Positions 27,219 to 40,320 are shown, numbered from the stretch's first letter. The stretch: 64,000 bases of DNA from Ascidiella aspersa (GCA_963924565.1 OZ004609.1:6386001-6450000), one strand, 5' to 3'. Made by a program: numbers and translations. The notes: generated by a model from the letters alone, not told the origin.

Positions 27219-30200
27219 GTTAAAGTAATGCTAAGCAAATATCAGTAAATCATTTCCGTGAAAATGTCCAATTTTTACGTTTGCTTATTGGTTACATAGA
27301 GAGGATTTTGATTTGCAGACACTTATTTGCACTGACAATTTTTTAATCGCGTCAAACCATATCCATATTAAGAATTATTGCAATCTCTAGCAGAAATGCA
27401 TTAGGAACACAGCTAGGAAATCAAAAATTATTAAATTTTGTTGACAATGTGACATGACCTAATTGTACATCTAAAACGTAATCGTTTTTCCTAACGAAAC
27501 AGCACCTTCGCAATAATTGGCAAAGGCATAGGGAAATCTTTAACGAACTACCATTCCAAAGGTTCACAATATTTAAAGAAAAAATTGGATAGTTCCGGGA
27601 AAATAAGGAAATATCTCATTGACAAAATGAAACGTATAAATAACAAATGATGGTAACAAAAATTTTCGTTCAAGTTTGTGTTCTTTTTCACCATCTAGCG
27701 GCAAACGAATTCATATTTGCGGGGAATTGGTAAACGGAGGATTACTTCAATATTCAAAGAAATTGATTTTTCTTGATTTTTTTTGCTTTTTGGCGCAACT
27801 GTGAAACACGAAAAAGTGCCGCTTCGAAATTATATCACTTTTAATTTAAAGTACGCGCAAGCTTTAATTATGAAGGCCTAATAGTTGCATTATTTAAGGC
27901 ACTGTATGCCCACTGAGATAAGTAAAGAGAAACTTGTACGTTATAAAAAAACATAACAATTAATATTGTATCATTCCAATAATTAACAATGTGTAACCTT
28001 GAAAATAAAATTTGGATCGAAATTGAACAAGGAATCACATTTGCTTAAACTAAAAACATCAAAAACATACAATTAATCTTATAATTTCTATAATATTCTC
28101 ATTTTGTTTGGAGCACCTGTCACCTTTCCGTTGTAAAACGGATAAGAATCGCTATTCAATGGTCATAAGTTTTAATCTTAAAGCAGGCTTACCTATATCT
28201 CGGTGGCCAAGTCATTGACCGGATGTAAATACCCAAGTCGACCAACAGTGATGCACCTGCCTGTCGGACGTGTACGGTCAAAGGTACACATGCTTTTGAT
28301 GTGAGATAAGCTGACGAGAATGGGAATGCAATCAGGAATTAGCAATGACAGAATAGGACAAACCGGATGTGTAAAATATGAACATGTCTCCTCGTCCTTA
28401 TACGCAAATGACGACAATAACTTCAAATGGGAGCAAATGTTCTTTAGAATTTCCTGTCTTAGTCAAACTCAGTCATTAATAAGTTCTATAGTTCTTTAAA
28501 AGAGAAATATATTTCGCCACAAAATAGATTCATTCGAATTTAGAGACTGATGGTGCATTTGACTAAGAAAGGAAAGTCTAAAGAATATTTGACAAAATAG
28601 GATTCATCTCTTTTGCAAACGTGCAAGCGTCAGGGCGTCCGATGGCGACGCAAAGGGACCTTGACGTCGTGTGGCTTGTACGTCGCGACGGAGTGTCGTC
28701 AATTAGGCAATTGCGGTCACGCAATGTAAATCAAGGCTCAAAAATGTTGTGTCTAGGTTTACACAATATTCCCAGTTTGGCTACTCTTTACCAAATTTCT
28801 TCCAAAACAAGCTTGGTGAAAGGCACTCCTTGATGTACTATGGGTTCGCAATAGTTCTGATGTTATAGTTGGTCAGCAGGAATACATCGCTAACATTTGC
28901 ACATACACACGAGCCTATTAAATGTTACAGTTACCTTTCAACTCACTTGTATACAATTTACCCGTTTCGCAATTTTTCGACACTATAAACTGTAGGTTGA
29001 GTTTAGATTTTAAGAGTCACAGATTAAGTTCCTATTCGACGGATTATGCTGTTGGAATTAAGTTGGCAATGGGTTAATGATCCCATATCTTTGACCATTT
29101 ACGATATAATTGAAAATGAAACGGGTAGTTAACTATATGTACTAGGCCTCAAAAGCCGTTTTGATTGTCCAAACTCATAAACAGAGATACTCAATACTAC
29201 ATAATCGTTGGTCAAAAAGCAGCTTCCGAGGGGCTAGATCACAGTTGATATTAACACACATGTGTGTGTGACTGTCTTTCAGAGATACTCAAAGAAGACA
29301 TTTGCAAGTAAGGACAGGAATTTTCATGTTAAAGTTTGCGTTCAATAAACGTGCTATGCCAGGTCATGTATGTATACATACAAAATCCTTTTTTTTCGTC
29401 TTGCGCTATAAACAGGGGACCTAATTGCGAATGTGGTACGCTCGACTAAAGTATTGTAACTATCTTGAAAACTAATTTAAGTTTACCATATCTAATCCAT
29501 CGTGCCGGACATTTGTCGTCAAGTTTGAAAGCCGAATTAATTAACTAATTGATGGATTATACGAGGATGACCCTGTGGAATACAACCGCACATATCGATT
29601 TGAAAAAAGTTTTTTTTTCAAAGAAGGTTGCCCGCAAATCCCCCAACTAATTTCGCTCATTGCGTTAACACGCAAGTGCAACATGACGTCTACCTTGAAC
29701 CAAAAGATCGATTCGAAATCAAGCCCCTTAAAGAAAAGGCTGTCAACGGACTGCTGGGAACATAACGTCGCTGACGTGCTATCGATTTGCCTGCGTTATT
29801 AGAACGCGTCGACATGTTTGCCTTTAGAAGGTCTGCCGCTATACTTATACGTTCAACCAGTTTGACGTCTGAGAACCTTATACATACTAACGTATACATA
29901 TGCCCGCCTGTATCGATCCTGATCCAACCAGATTGATTTAGAAAAGTGCCCGGCCGTCCAGCAAAGGCTGCCTTGCAAGTCGTTCAAGTTGCTGTTTGTT
30001 TTACTTCGCCAACCTAAACCTAACGTCCAACGGCGTCATTCCATTCTCTTGAAAAGTTGAGACTTCCCTTGTGTATACTGCCAAACTAACTATCAATATA
30101 CGCTTCTGCAGCCAGTATGAAACGTTAACAATTCAATGTTAACAAGATCAAATATGGCAAAAAAAATTAAACAAGATCAATCATGTCCATTCAGTTTATA

Positions 30201-30816
30201 AAACGGATAGTATCTATTTAGGAAAATAAATACTTTTTTTGAAAATTTTGACTCTAAATTTTCCTCGATTTGTTGATACTTTTGGCTTACAAAAAATATA
30301 CGAACTTTTGTTTCTATTACAGGATTGTTTATAAATGTAACCATACGACTAAAATCAAAAATATTTGTGTCTCATGCGACTCTATAAGGGCGGGCACCGG
30401 GGTTTCATTTTCAAAACATGAAAATCATTTTTTTTAAATTTATTTTAGGTATGATAACTTTATTTGTTCAGTAACAGTGGTGCTAAATATCAAACTAAAA
30501 GTACTTAGAGTTAGTATAGTTACCATGCCATTCATTTTCACTCAGTGCAAAAAACAAACAAACTCTTATTAGTTTAGAAGCCAAGCTACGAAATGGTTGC
30601 AGTAATCGAAGCCAATGTGTTGATAAGACAATGAACACATTATTCTTGGAGATAAATTTACTTTCGCAGCCAGCTCTACAAGAGAAAAAGGTCAATAGTG
30701 TTATGATAACAACTCAAGCGAGTTTTCGTTGAAAGATTCCGCGTTATCAATAAGCGAAAGTATAGGTTCGAGCGCGCGAACTGATTTACCTACAGGCGCA
30801 ATTCCCTGCGTCCGAC

Positions 30817-30921
30817 TTTCGCGGGCGCGAAGCCTAATCGCGTAATTTCGCGGGCGCGAAGCCTTATCGAGTAACTTCGCGGGCGCGAAGCCTTATCGCG
30901 TAACTTCGCGCGCCAGAAGCC
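30817..30921. repeat. 29-bp CpG-rich tandem repeat, ~3.6 copies
   Basis: Units (t/c)ttcgcgggcgcgaagcct(a/t)atcg(c/a)gtaa start at 30817, 30846 and 30875, with a partial unit at 30904. Confidence 0.9.
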
Positions 30922-32719
30922 TCGGCGAACATTGCTCCGACGCGCGATCGCGACTCAAACTTGGAACGGGGCCAGCGAGCGACGGCCGTTATCGCACCCC
31001 CTTGTTTTGTTGTCTGTGACGAAACAATCGCGCCTTGCGGCTCTTGCATGAGAAAAAAAGAGGGGCGACCTCTCTAACGCGGCGATCGCTGAAAAGCGAC
31101 CGGCATTTCGGTGTTAGAAGGAGAAGAAGCAACAGGCAGTCGATATTACAACAGCAGCAGCAGAAACCACTAAGTAAGACCAAGCACCCCGCAGCTAATC
31201 CGCTTTCAAATGCGGATTTTGAACATGCAAAATCTTGCTTATTGGTTAGCGTCGCCGACTTTGCATGAGAAATGTCCCTGAAATTGACAGGAGGGGCCAT
31301 ATGCAAAAGGCAAACCGGGAAGGCTAATTGGCAGCCTGGTCGAAATTTCAACGGTTTAATTAGAATAGAAGCACAATGGCAAGATGGACATGTAATGTAA
31401 TATTTTGTAAATGGACAGTTGAATGCTATGTCTTTCGAGGAAATCGCGAAAATGTTATTAGGAGCTCGGTCGAAATTTTGAGGTATCAATTCGAATATCG
31501 ACAGCAGGAAAAGCAATTTAATTCCTCCACAAGAAGCGCTTCTCAATTTACATCAATGTTAGCAAACTGACAGCCTTACCAGGATTGTAGAGACCTATAT
31601 GTAGCGGGTAAAATATGAGATTAAAGCAGAAAACTAGCCAAAGCTCGGACTATGCGTAAGGGCATTCAAACCTCGCCCCCTTTTCAACCTTCCTATGAAA
31701 GAACTGAGATCATTTAGTCAAAACGGTGGTCAACAGGCATATAACATTACTTCATATTAATAACTGTGCACTCAAGTTATATAGGTTCGATTAGACTCCT
31801 TAAAATTAAGCATTAGAAATCGCAGGATTGCCGGCAAAGGGGGTGAGAACGTGGATATTTTAAAGTTGGAAAATGACAACTAATTACAGCTTAGTCTGGT
31901 TTTTATTGGCCAGCATTTGAAGTTTACTAAGTGATACAGACATGGTAGTGTCCCAGAGCATCTTTAAGCAGAATTTTAGCTTGACATAAACACAACTGTT
32001 AGTGATTAGATCTTTAAGACAGTGGAAAAAAGTTAATAAAATGTTTAAACTTCTAATAATCTCGATGGTGTCTAATTAGAGAAGAAGTGTTTACACACAA
32101 CGCTAATAGGACAGTGAAGTTGAATCCAGTGTAAAGGTTGTTTCTCAAAATAATAACTTCCATATTTGAGCCAATCTAATCTTTGATTATAATAATAGCA
32201 ATTAAAATTCGGCTCATGGTAAGGCACACGTAGTCGTATACTCAGCGATTCGTGTCCGCTGGTACGGATCGGTTACCTGTAGCGTCCTTAACTACGGCGA
32301 TCGGAAACCCACGCAAACATATGCTCGGCTACTTTTTACAAATTACCAAAATGTACCTTACGCTCGAAGCCCCGATCATTACGTGATATGGCTACGAGTC
32401 AAGACGTGGTTACTTTATGCGCGGTCGAGCCATTAGCAGCGCTAATCACCGGGTTTCGGTTTGGAGAAGATCGTCGCTGGTCGTTACTGGAAGGTCCATC
32501 GCGTAGGACGGCCCTTCTGTTTATAAACGTCGCTCAATTACTTATGTATGTGGCGATGTTGATGTGTGTACGCGTCGGCCATGCGTGGGTAAACAAATTC
32601 GTCGGGCAATTAAACAAGCTCGTTGTCGTCAGCTGGTTAGCAGAAGCAGTTTAGCGAAGCGGCGGCAATTAACAGGGCGGTCATCGCCTTTTTACGCGAT
32701 TCCGAGTACGGCAGTGGCC

Positions 32720-32750
32720 AGCCTATAGGTCAGTAGCAGTCGGTCAGTGG
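32720..32750 (+). promoter_or_regulatory. Candidate Pim core promoter / transcription start region
   Basis: Inr-like TCAGT motifs (ggTCAGTagcagtcggTCAGTgg) at the end of a CpG-rich, TAAT/ATTA-rich stretch ~500 bp upstream of the ATG. A polypyrimidine-AG acceptor (ttctttacag, ending 33206) precedes the ATG. Confidence 0.3.
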
Positions 32751-33242
32751 ACCGGGTAGGCGGCAAATAGCAAATCGACACTTGAGGCCAGTGATAAACC
32801 TGTAGTCTTAATTAAAACAGCCAGCGAAACGCTCGGAAGAATCGAGATTTACGGTCGACGCTCCCCGCAGCAGGAGTTGTTGATGTCCCAATTTGTAGAA
32901 ACCGCAGCATCAGCGGCGCTGCTGGGTGTTAGACGGTCTTGGCAGGCAGCTGCTGGTCATCACTCGTAGAGACGAGACAACTACAGGACCGCTGCAGCAG
33001 ATTTTGCCCTTACTTGTAGACTTGGGGTGGAGGTTAAGAGAGTTTTGTGTCAGTTGAAGGCGGGAAAGTTTAACGTGTGAGAAACTTTGCAGTTTGTGTC
33101 ACACAGGACCTATCTTAATCGAAACGGATTTGTTTGATTCTCATCACATACTGTAGTACAGTAGATCGAAACAAGTGCTAAAAATACAGCATTTACTTCT
33201 TTACAGATTAGAGTACAAGCTCAAAACCACAGTAGCACGAAG

Positions 33243-36200
33243 ATGTATTGTACAATCGCCCCTTCACAGGCAAGCGGATTACTTAACTCCCACCACGCGT
33301 CCGGAGGACACCAGCTGATCCGCATCACGCCGCAACTTGAAGTGGCCCGTGCCTGCTCCACTGGCTCCTCGGGATCGGGAAGCGAGTCCCTGCTCTCCGT
33401 CGCATCTTTCCACCACCAAGTGGCGCCAAAGTACACCGTGATCGGACGCGAAGAACTCGCCCGGCAAATGGCTTCAGAGAGGACGCGGAAACAGCAGCAA
33501 CAGACAACTATTCCTTCTGCATTTGAGCGGAAGACTAGAGCTGCAAGGAACCACCTCCATCACCATCAGAACGCCACGTCTTCTTCCTCCTGCAATAGCC
33601 TGTCATCTGGCAGCGGAGGCAACGTGTCACCTACGTCATTTTACTTGCATCCGGGAAATCAGGAAGACTTGCTACATCAGCATCAGCAGACGCAGTTGGA
33701 AAGCTACGTGGCGATGCTCGCCCACAAGCAAGCAGCTCAGCAAACACAGCAGCAGTTTCGGCCCAGTACCAGGTACCATCAGCAGCAAAGTCACAACCCT
33801 AATCACCATCAACAAGAGGAAGCACGCAGTCAGTATCTCAGCTGGAGAAACAACAACATCCACCGCGCGCAACCCTCTAAGGACGCCTCTGAAACGAAAG
33901 CAAGTGCCCCGGAACAGCGTGTTTGCTCCCCGGCTTTTTCCATGCAAAGCTACGTACGCGATCTAGCCAAAGGGGTGACCAAATCCCCGGCCCGAAAGCC
34001 CCAGGTGCCGCCCCGGTGCGAAAAGGTGGTTGAGTTGCTGAGAGGTAAAGGCCGAAAGTCGGCCAAACCCACAGTCGAAGTGAACATACGGATTAGCAAG
34101 ACGCCCGACAACACGGTCAACGCCGCAGCGACGTCGCCCCAGCCGAACAAAAACGACCTGCTGGCAGCCAACCACGAACAGGATACAGCGTCCCAGTCGG
34201 CCAGGTTTGTTACCTTTGCACAACTCGGTCAGTTAAACAAACTGGCAAATCTCCTCGTGTTTTTGCATTAGTTTGTAAATCATGTGAGGTGATCATAAGA
34301 GGTCTGCATCAGGGTCATTAACAAAGCCTAGTTTTCTTTATCAGATCATCTGTCTTCTGGTGGTATTACCGATTCAGTTTAAATGACGTCTTTCAATTTT
34401 TCTTAAGGCGACAGTAGATATCGTCCAGGGTATAAAATCGCTTGGTTAAAACAGCCACGATTCGAACAGTGTCAAATTCGTCCGAAACCACTTCCCTTTT
34501 ATAGCATTAACGAAGGGAGATACGCCACACAGGAATCTAACAGTATTATCGGATTTAAAACTTTCCCAAAATCCATTACGGGAAATTGGATCTAAGAGAA
34601 TTACATTTCGTTGCGACAAAGAAATCTGAGGACTTTTAAATTCAAAAATCATTGAATAAATTGCTGCTTTTGTATAGGTATAGTTTTGATAAAAGCTTTG
34701 CGTTAACATCAATCGACAATACAAAGAATAACTGCTTTATGTTTCCATCTAACTGATTCAAAAATCAATATTTTATTTATTCAATTTACAGACAAAGCTT
34801 TCTCGAAACATACAACGTCCAAGGGGTAATTGGCGTTGGGGGAGGAGGCATGGTGTACGCCGGAACCCGTACCGCCGACCAGCACCCTGTGGCCATCAAG
34901 AGGGTCATGCGCGAGAAGGTGAAACGTTGGGAAAAGATCCAGGGCCGCACCATACCCCAGGAGATTGCGCTCATGATAAGGTGTGTTTCGACTTGGAGTT
35001 TTTATCGATTTTTTATTGACTGTTTATAGCGCGCGAGACGCGCAAGGCGAAGGACGCTTCTAAATGCGGATAACGAGCGGTGTCTCGGACAAAAGCCGCT
35101 GCAGTGTGGGAGCGGCGGACATTAAAATGCATTGTGTGCCCTCTGATAAGAGAGATCAAATTAAATTAGAAAAACATAAGCAATAAAAAAAGTTGACTAA
35201 TACACAACATTAAGTTATGAGTTTAGAAATGCCCCAAACATCTCTCTCAGCGCCACACTTTTAACGTATAAGCCTTCAATACTATGAGTAACATCGTTTT
35301 TGGGTTCTTGTCATGGTTTTATTACTTACGTTGCTAATGCATTTTATAATCTTAAATAATAAGATTGTTTGATAGTACTTACTTCGAAGGTAAGTTTTGA
35401 GACTGTTTGTTTGATTTTATGCTTGTTTTTGCGATATCTCTCATTGGATGGTGTAGGAGGGTTGTACAAATGTCACAAAAAGTTTTGTGTGCGCCTGTTT
35501 CAAAGTAGAGGCACACATCTTGCGACCCTGGGATTTGGCGTATCGCTTCATTTTCTTCGATCGCTAAAAGCAAGTTCCAGTAGACCGCCACACGTTATAG
35601 TTATTAAATTGCGGCGATCGAACAGTGGGCGTCGATTCGAGGTTCGACCATAGCGCAATGGCCGGCTGTCGTGTAACGCCGACGATTAACAGCGCAATAG
35701 AAGGTGGCCGTGCGCTGCATTAAGGGGGTAGAACAGAGGGGTTGCGATGCTTTGTGCCCCGAACACGTGGGCATTGTTTCGCCGAGCGGTTTAGAAGCCA
35801 AGCCGCGCCGGCCGCGCCCGGATTATTCTAATTGCTCAATCCAGCGACGCTCGCGGCCGCCTGATTTATTGGGCCGGTGACGCGAACGGAGATGGCCCGA
35901 CGCAGGCCAGGCGCGTCATTTATGGCCAAAAGAGCCCTGAAACCCGCAATATGCATTCGCCCGCTGACCGGGCGTAACGATGTGAGCGAACTGACGGGTT
36001 ATTTTAACGGGCGACCGCTTTTAGAAGCGCGACTAAAATAGCGCGGTTTCACGCCGCGTAATGTGAATTGCGAAGGTTTACTGCTGCTGCTAAACTGGTC
36101 TAGAAGCTATTTAGAAAAACAGCGAAAAAAGGGCGTGAAATTTGTGCTTTGTTAAGTGCGTATGCCGGTTTCTCAGCGTGCATACGATCGTGTCGGGTTA

Positions 36201-39200
36201 CTATATGGGGCAAATAACACTTTCCAAGCTACACGGAGTTTTGTAACGACCTTAACTTTAGTGCACTTAAGTCACTGTTTACAAATGACTTGACTGGGAT
36301 TTCAGATATTCCAAAATGCATTGTTTACAATACTTCAAGTTACTATGTGGGTCAAATTAAACTTTCGTAGCAACACCTCTTTCCTTTATTGTTGCTGATG
36401 GTTATAATTTCAACCAAAACAGCTGGAAGACATTGAGTTAAAAAATCGAAGTTTTTACACACATTTAGCAACACCAAACGACGGCAGTTCTTGTTCCAAT
36501 GATTGTAGCTTAGTTGCTAGGTTTAAGTCCAATTCAGGATGCATTAATAGGATAATGGCAATGATCACACCTTTTAGACCTGTATATAAAAACGCTGGAG
36601 TAACAACACAATTACCAGATGTGCTGCAGCAACACTCACCGTGATGTTTGTCGTAAAATTAAGCTTTTACTTTGCGTTGTTTTAAACTTGCGTGCACCAT
36701 CGACGTTCGGCATGCGAACAAAAGCAGCCGGCCGCATATATTTTACGACCTCGTAAATTAGCGATGTCGCCGTAAATCGTCATACGTGACGTCATGCGTG
36801 ATTTTGCACAGTGAGGCTATACGATCGTCCGACCCTCGCCCACCTTGCAGCAAAAAAAGCGTAAAACTCTCTCAATGCGTTTTTTGATAGGAAACCACTA
36901 AAGTCCGTCTGAGAACCTTTTCAGAATAACTTATGAATTCCTTGCTTTCTTGTGAGGCTCATTATATACAACAGCGCACATAGAACCCCAAACACATTAT
37001 GTTATCAAATAACTTGCCGAAAACATACTACCAGTCTAGGAGCAACCGTGCAACTCGCATATCTTTGTATGTTAGCAATTGGTTACCGGATACTTTTGTT
37101 TTTGTCTCTCCATTAAAAGCAAGCACATGAACACTAGCGCTTAACTCGTATTGCCTTTCTAAAGTTAAACGCTCAAACACGCCGAAACGTCTGCCCGTTC
37201 TAAAGTTCCATACCAATCTTTTAAGATGCTTTAGGCAAAACTCGATGCGTCAAATATTTTCAAAACTGTTTGTTTCTGCCACTATTCAGAAATACAAATA
37301 GATTTCGGCATGAACACATTATAACATTTTAACTGAGTTACATACTGTAAAATCACAAAAAAATATAATTACAGCAACACACATGAAAACAATGAACAAC
37401 GTAAGAATTTATTTTTATATATATTTTATGTATAATTCTTTGATTACGCATAATCAATTTTATAAAGAAACCTTCCAAAAGAGCAAAACTTGTCATCCTA
37501 TAAGTGATTTAAAATATTGCTTGGCACCCTTGCGTATCAGAAATTCCGGAGAGATAACATTGCTTATTGATCGTCTAAAAAACTTCCGAACCCCATAAAC
37601 CAATCGTGGGCGACCAAGTAACGAACGTTCCGCGGCAATAAAAACACACGCTCAACTTTTCCCAATTAAAGTTCGCATTCCATGATTACCTAAATGTATT
37701 ACGGCGGAGGAAAGACCCCGATCAGACGATTAAAACCATCCCTTGTTTTTTGCTGGCAGAGTTAACGGCCACCGAGGGATCATTCGCCTACTGGACTGGT
37801 ACGAGTGTTTGGATTCATTTATTCTGATCCTGGAGCGGCCAACCAACTCGGTCGATCTCTTCGACTACATTCGCGAGGTCGGACGAATGAACGAGAAAGA
37901 AGCGAGCATGATTTTCAGACAGGTATGTGTTAGGAAAAAATTCGCATCTTACGTCGTTTGACAAACAAGAGATACAACACCTAACAAACCTAATACAAAA
38001 TGCTTGTTGTTGTTTTTGTGTTAATAAGTTTGGGATCTTGATAATGAATTGCAAAGCCAAACGGTCGGGTAGATCGATCATTTTGATTAACACGTTTCAA
38101 TGAAGATGATACAAGTTCGTATCAAACCGTCTTAATTAAGATGATGTCGATCTAATCGACTTTTTTTCTTTGCAATTCATTATCAAGCTACATTACAGAT
38201 TCATGAATGGTGTACTGTTTAAAAATATATAAGTTTAAAATAATTGCACACAATATTGGGACTTGATCAGTTTAAAAATATTAATTGAATAATAATAATT
38301 AACTTTAATGCAAATCAAAAATTGTTATACAACCATATGTTCATAGTCGCTATTCAATATATCAGGCGCCTACTATATATTTTTTGGGTCAAAAATACTA
38401 CCCAAGGTTAAAAAAACGAGGACTTTACTATAATTAAAAAATACAATCAAAGGAAAAATTTTCAAAGGTAAAAAATTTTAATTAAAAATGACAATACAAA
38501 AATTAAAACTCCACACAATAAAATTACAAGAAAAAAGCTTATTAGTTTTTCCTTCGCTTGCAAAAAAAAAAGGACCTCAATGTAAACCGTTGCCACTTTG
38601 TCAGATCCTAACGGCGGTTCATCACATCCATTCGCGTGGCGTCGTTCATCGCGATATCAAGGACGAGAACATTGTCCTGAATCGCGACACAGGAGAATCG
38701 AAACTGATCGACTTTGGTTGTGGAACGATGATCCACGAGCGGCCCTATCGAGACTTCTCAGGCACGCCGGAGTTTTACCCACCCGAGTGGTTTAACGAGG
38801 TGAAAGCATGTTTGTTGTTGATAGTCGCATTTTTTCTCATGGACTTTTATGGGCGCTGAAGTACAAACAGCCTCATTTCTGCCTTTCTTGCCTGGTTAGA
38901 CTTTTGCAATTTGTTGCCTATATTTGTAATAGCCTAAAATATAAGACTTGAAAAGCCCTTTTTTTCTTAAAATATTTTTAGCTTTTATTAAATTTAGAAA
39001 TCCTTTTTTTTCGGCTTACCACAAGGTGTTTTACATTACAGCTTTCCACATTAAAATTGAATTACCAATAAAAGCTCAAACTGAAACGATTTTTTATAAC
39101 CAAATTTTGAGCAACCACCTATGGTCCACATTTCTTTACCATTTACCAAAATCTATTAATATATATTTTTTTCAATTGCCAGCATTACTACAACGCTCGA

Positions 39201-40071
39201 CCAGCCGCTATCTGGAGTCTTGGCGTTCTTCTTTTCGACATGCTTTGCGGGGAAATTCCCTTCAAGTCAAAGGCAAAAATCGGCTTGGGGAAGTTTGAGT
39301 TCAAGGTTGGTTTAACACATTTTCAAATAGCACCTTTAAATAAGCCGGCTCGATTAAAAGACATGCGATTCGTTCATCAGTAAATTCAACCTCTGTGTAC
39401 TGGGAAATGATAACGTACCAAAATTCATGTTATTATATCACTTAAGGGTGACGAGGGGTGTTTTCGGATACTGGGAAAGCCTTACTTTCTAAATGTAAAT
39501 TTAAAACCCACGTTAAATTATTAAAACCGGTATCATATTATTCTGGAAGTGGTTCTTTTCGATATAAATGACTTATCTAGAAAATTAAAACAAATAAAAA
39601 AAACTTGCCTTTTCTTTGATTTAAAAAAATATCTAATAAGGTATTAGGTAAAGTCCTCTTAAATTTGAGAAAAAAACGTTTTATCGCATTTCATATTTAT
39701 GTTTTTTTTCATCCATTTGCTTTCTTTAAAATCTTTTTCTAGAAAATATTCACTTGAGTATTAGGTAAAGTTCTATCTAATTTAAAAAAAAAACGTTTAT
39801 ACTGTATCTCACATTTATAAGATATCTCATATATTCTTTCATCAGTTAACAGAACTTAATATTCTGAATCAAAGGTCTCGCCCTATTTTCAAAGCGAATT
39901 TGAATTTTAAGCCAAGATGTCACGTTGTAACATTGTCGTCTCACTCTTCAGGGCAACCTAAGCAACGAAGCGAAACACCTGATCACGTGGCTACTCTCAA
40001 TCAAACCCGAATCGCGACCAACGCTGGTCGACATCATGCAACATCCCTGGATTTCTGGGAAGACTTTTTAA
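33243..40071 (+). CDS. PIM: Pim-family serine/threonine kinase with long low-complexity N-terminus, 6 exons, ~583 aa
   Basis: Exons 33243-34204, 34792-34980, 37760-37922, 38605-38799, 39183-39305, 39952-40071; GT-AG, phases consistent, 1752 nt. Motifs: GVGGGGMVY, PVAIK, IIRLLDWYE, Pim-diagnostic hinge LILERPxxxxDLFDYI, HRDIKDEN, LIDFGCG, GTPEFYPPEW, IWSLGVLLFDMLCGEIPF, RPTLxDIMQHPW. Exon 1 assignment is less certain than the kinase exons. Confidence 0.92.
38037..38187. repeat. Long imperfect inverted repeat (palindromic MITE-like) in Pim intron 3
   Basis: Perfect 20-bp outer arms cttgataatgaattgcaaag / ctttgcaattcattatcaag, with imperfect pairing continuing inward to ~60 bp per arm. Confidence 0.8.
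39641..39820. repeat. Local ~118-bp-period direct duplication in Pim intron 5
   Basis: gtattaggtaaagt..aattt..aaaaaaacgttt..tttat occurs twice. Confidence 0.6.
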
Positions 40072-40314
40072 CGCCCGTCGCTAAACCAGTTCCAGCTACA
40101 TCCCATCTCGCGCAAACGACGTCACGCTCAATTGATGACGTCACTATCTGGTGGATGACGTCATTGCGGTCGCGTTGTTTTTTCTTTCGTTTTGTTTTGT
40201 TTTGTTTACCTATTTTTATTGCGTTTTTTTTCTTCGCCGGTTTAAGTGTTATTGTATGCTTTAGCTTGCCTATGCAAAAACATGGAGCGTCCGTGGGTTA
40301 CGGATAATATAGTG

Positions 40315-40320
40315 AATAAA
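40315..40320 (+). terminator. Polyadenylation signal of the Pim gene
   Basis: AATAAA 244 nt after the stop codon, following a T-rich 3' UTR. Confidence 0.55.

Noticed and set aside
29162-29180. TGATTGTCCAAAC resembling miR-219
   Set aside because: Diverges after 13 nt, has no star arm, and is adjacent to a dispersed repeat.
30817-30921. CRISPR-like appearance of 29-bp palindromic repeats
   Set aside because: Units are head-to-tail with no unique spacers, there are no cas genes, and the context is eukaryotic.
30989-31546. 185-aa minus-strand ORF upstream of Pim
   Set aside because: Low-complexity translation (poly-C/L from CAG and GA runs), non-ATG start, no homology signal.
34205-34271. 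C-terminal end of the 342-aa ORF as a stand-alone protein
   Set aside because: The donor at 34205 splices in phase to the kinase exon, so the remainder is intron read-through.
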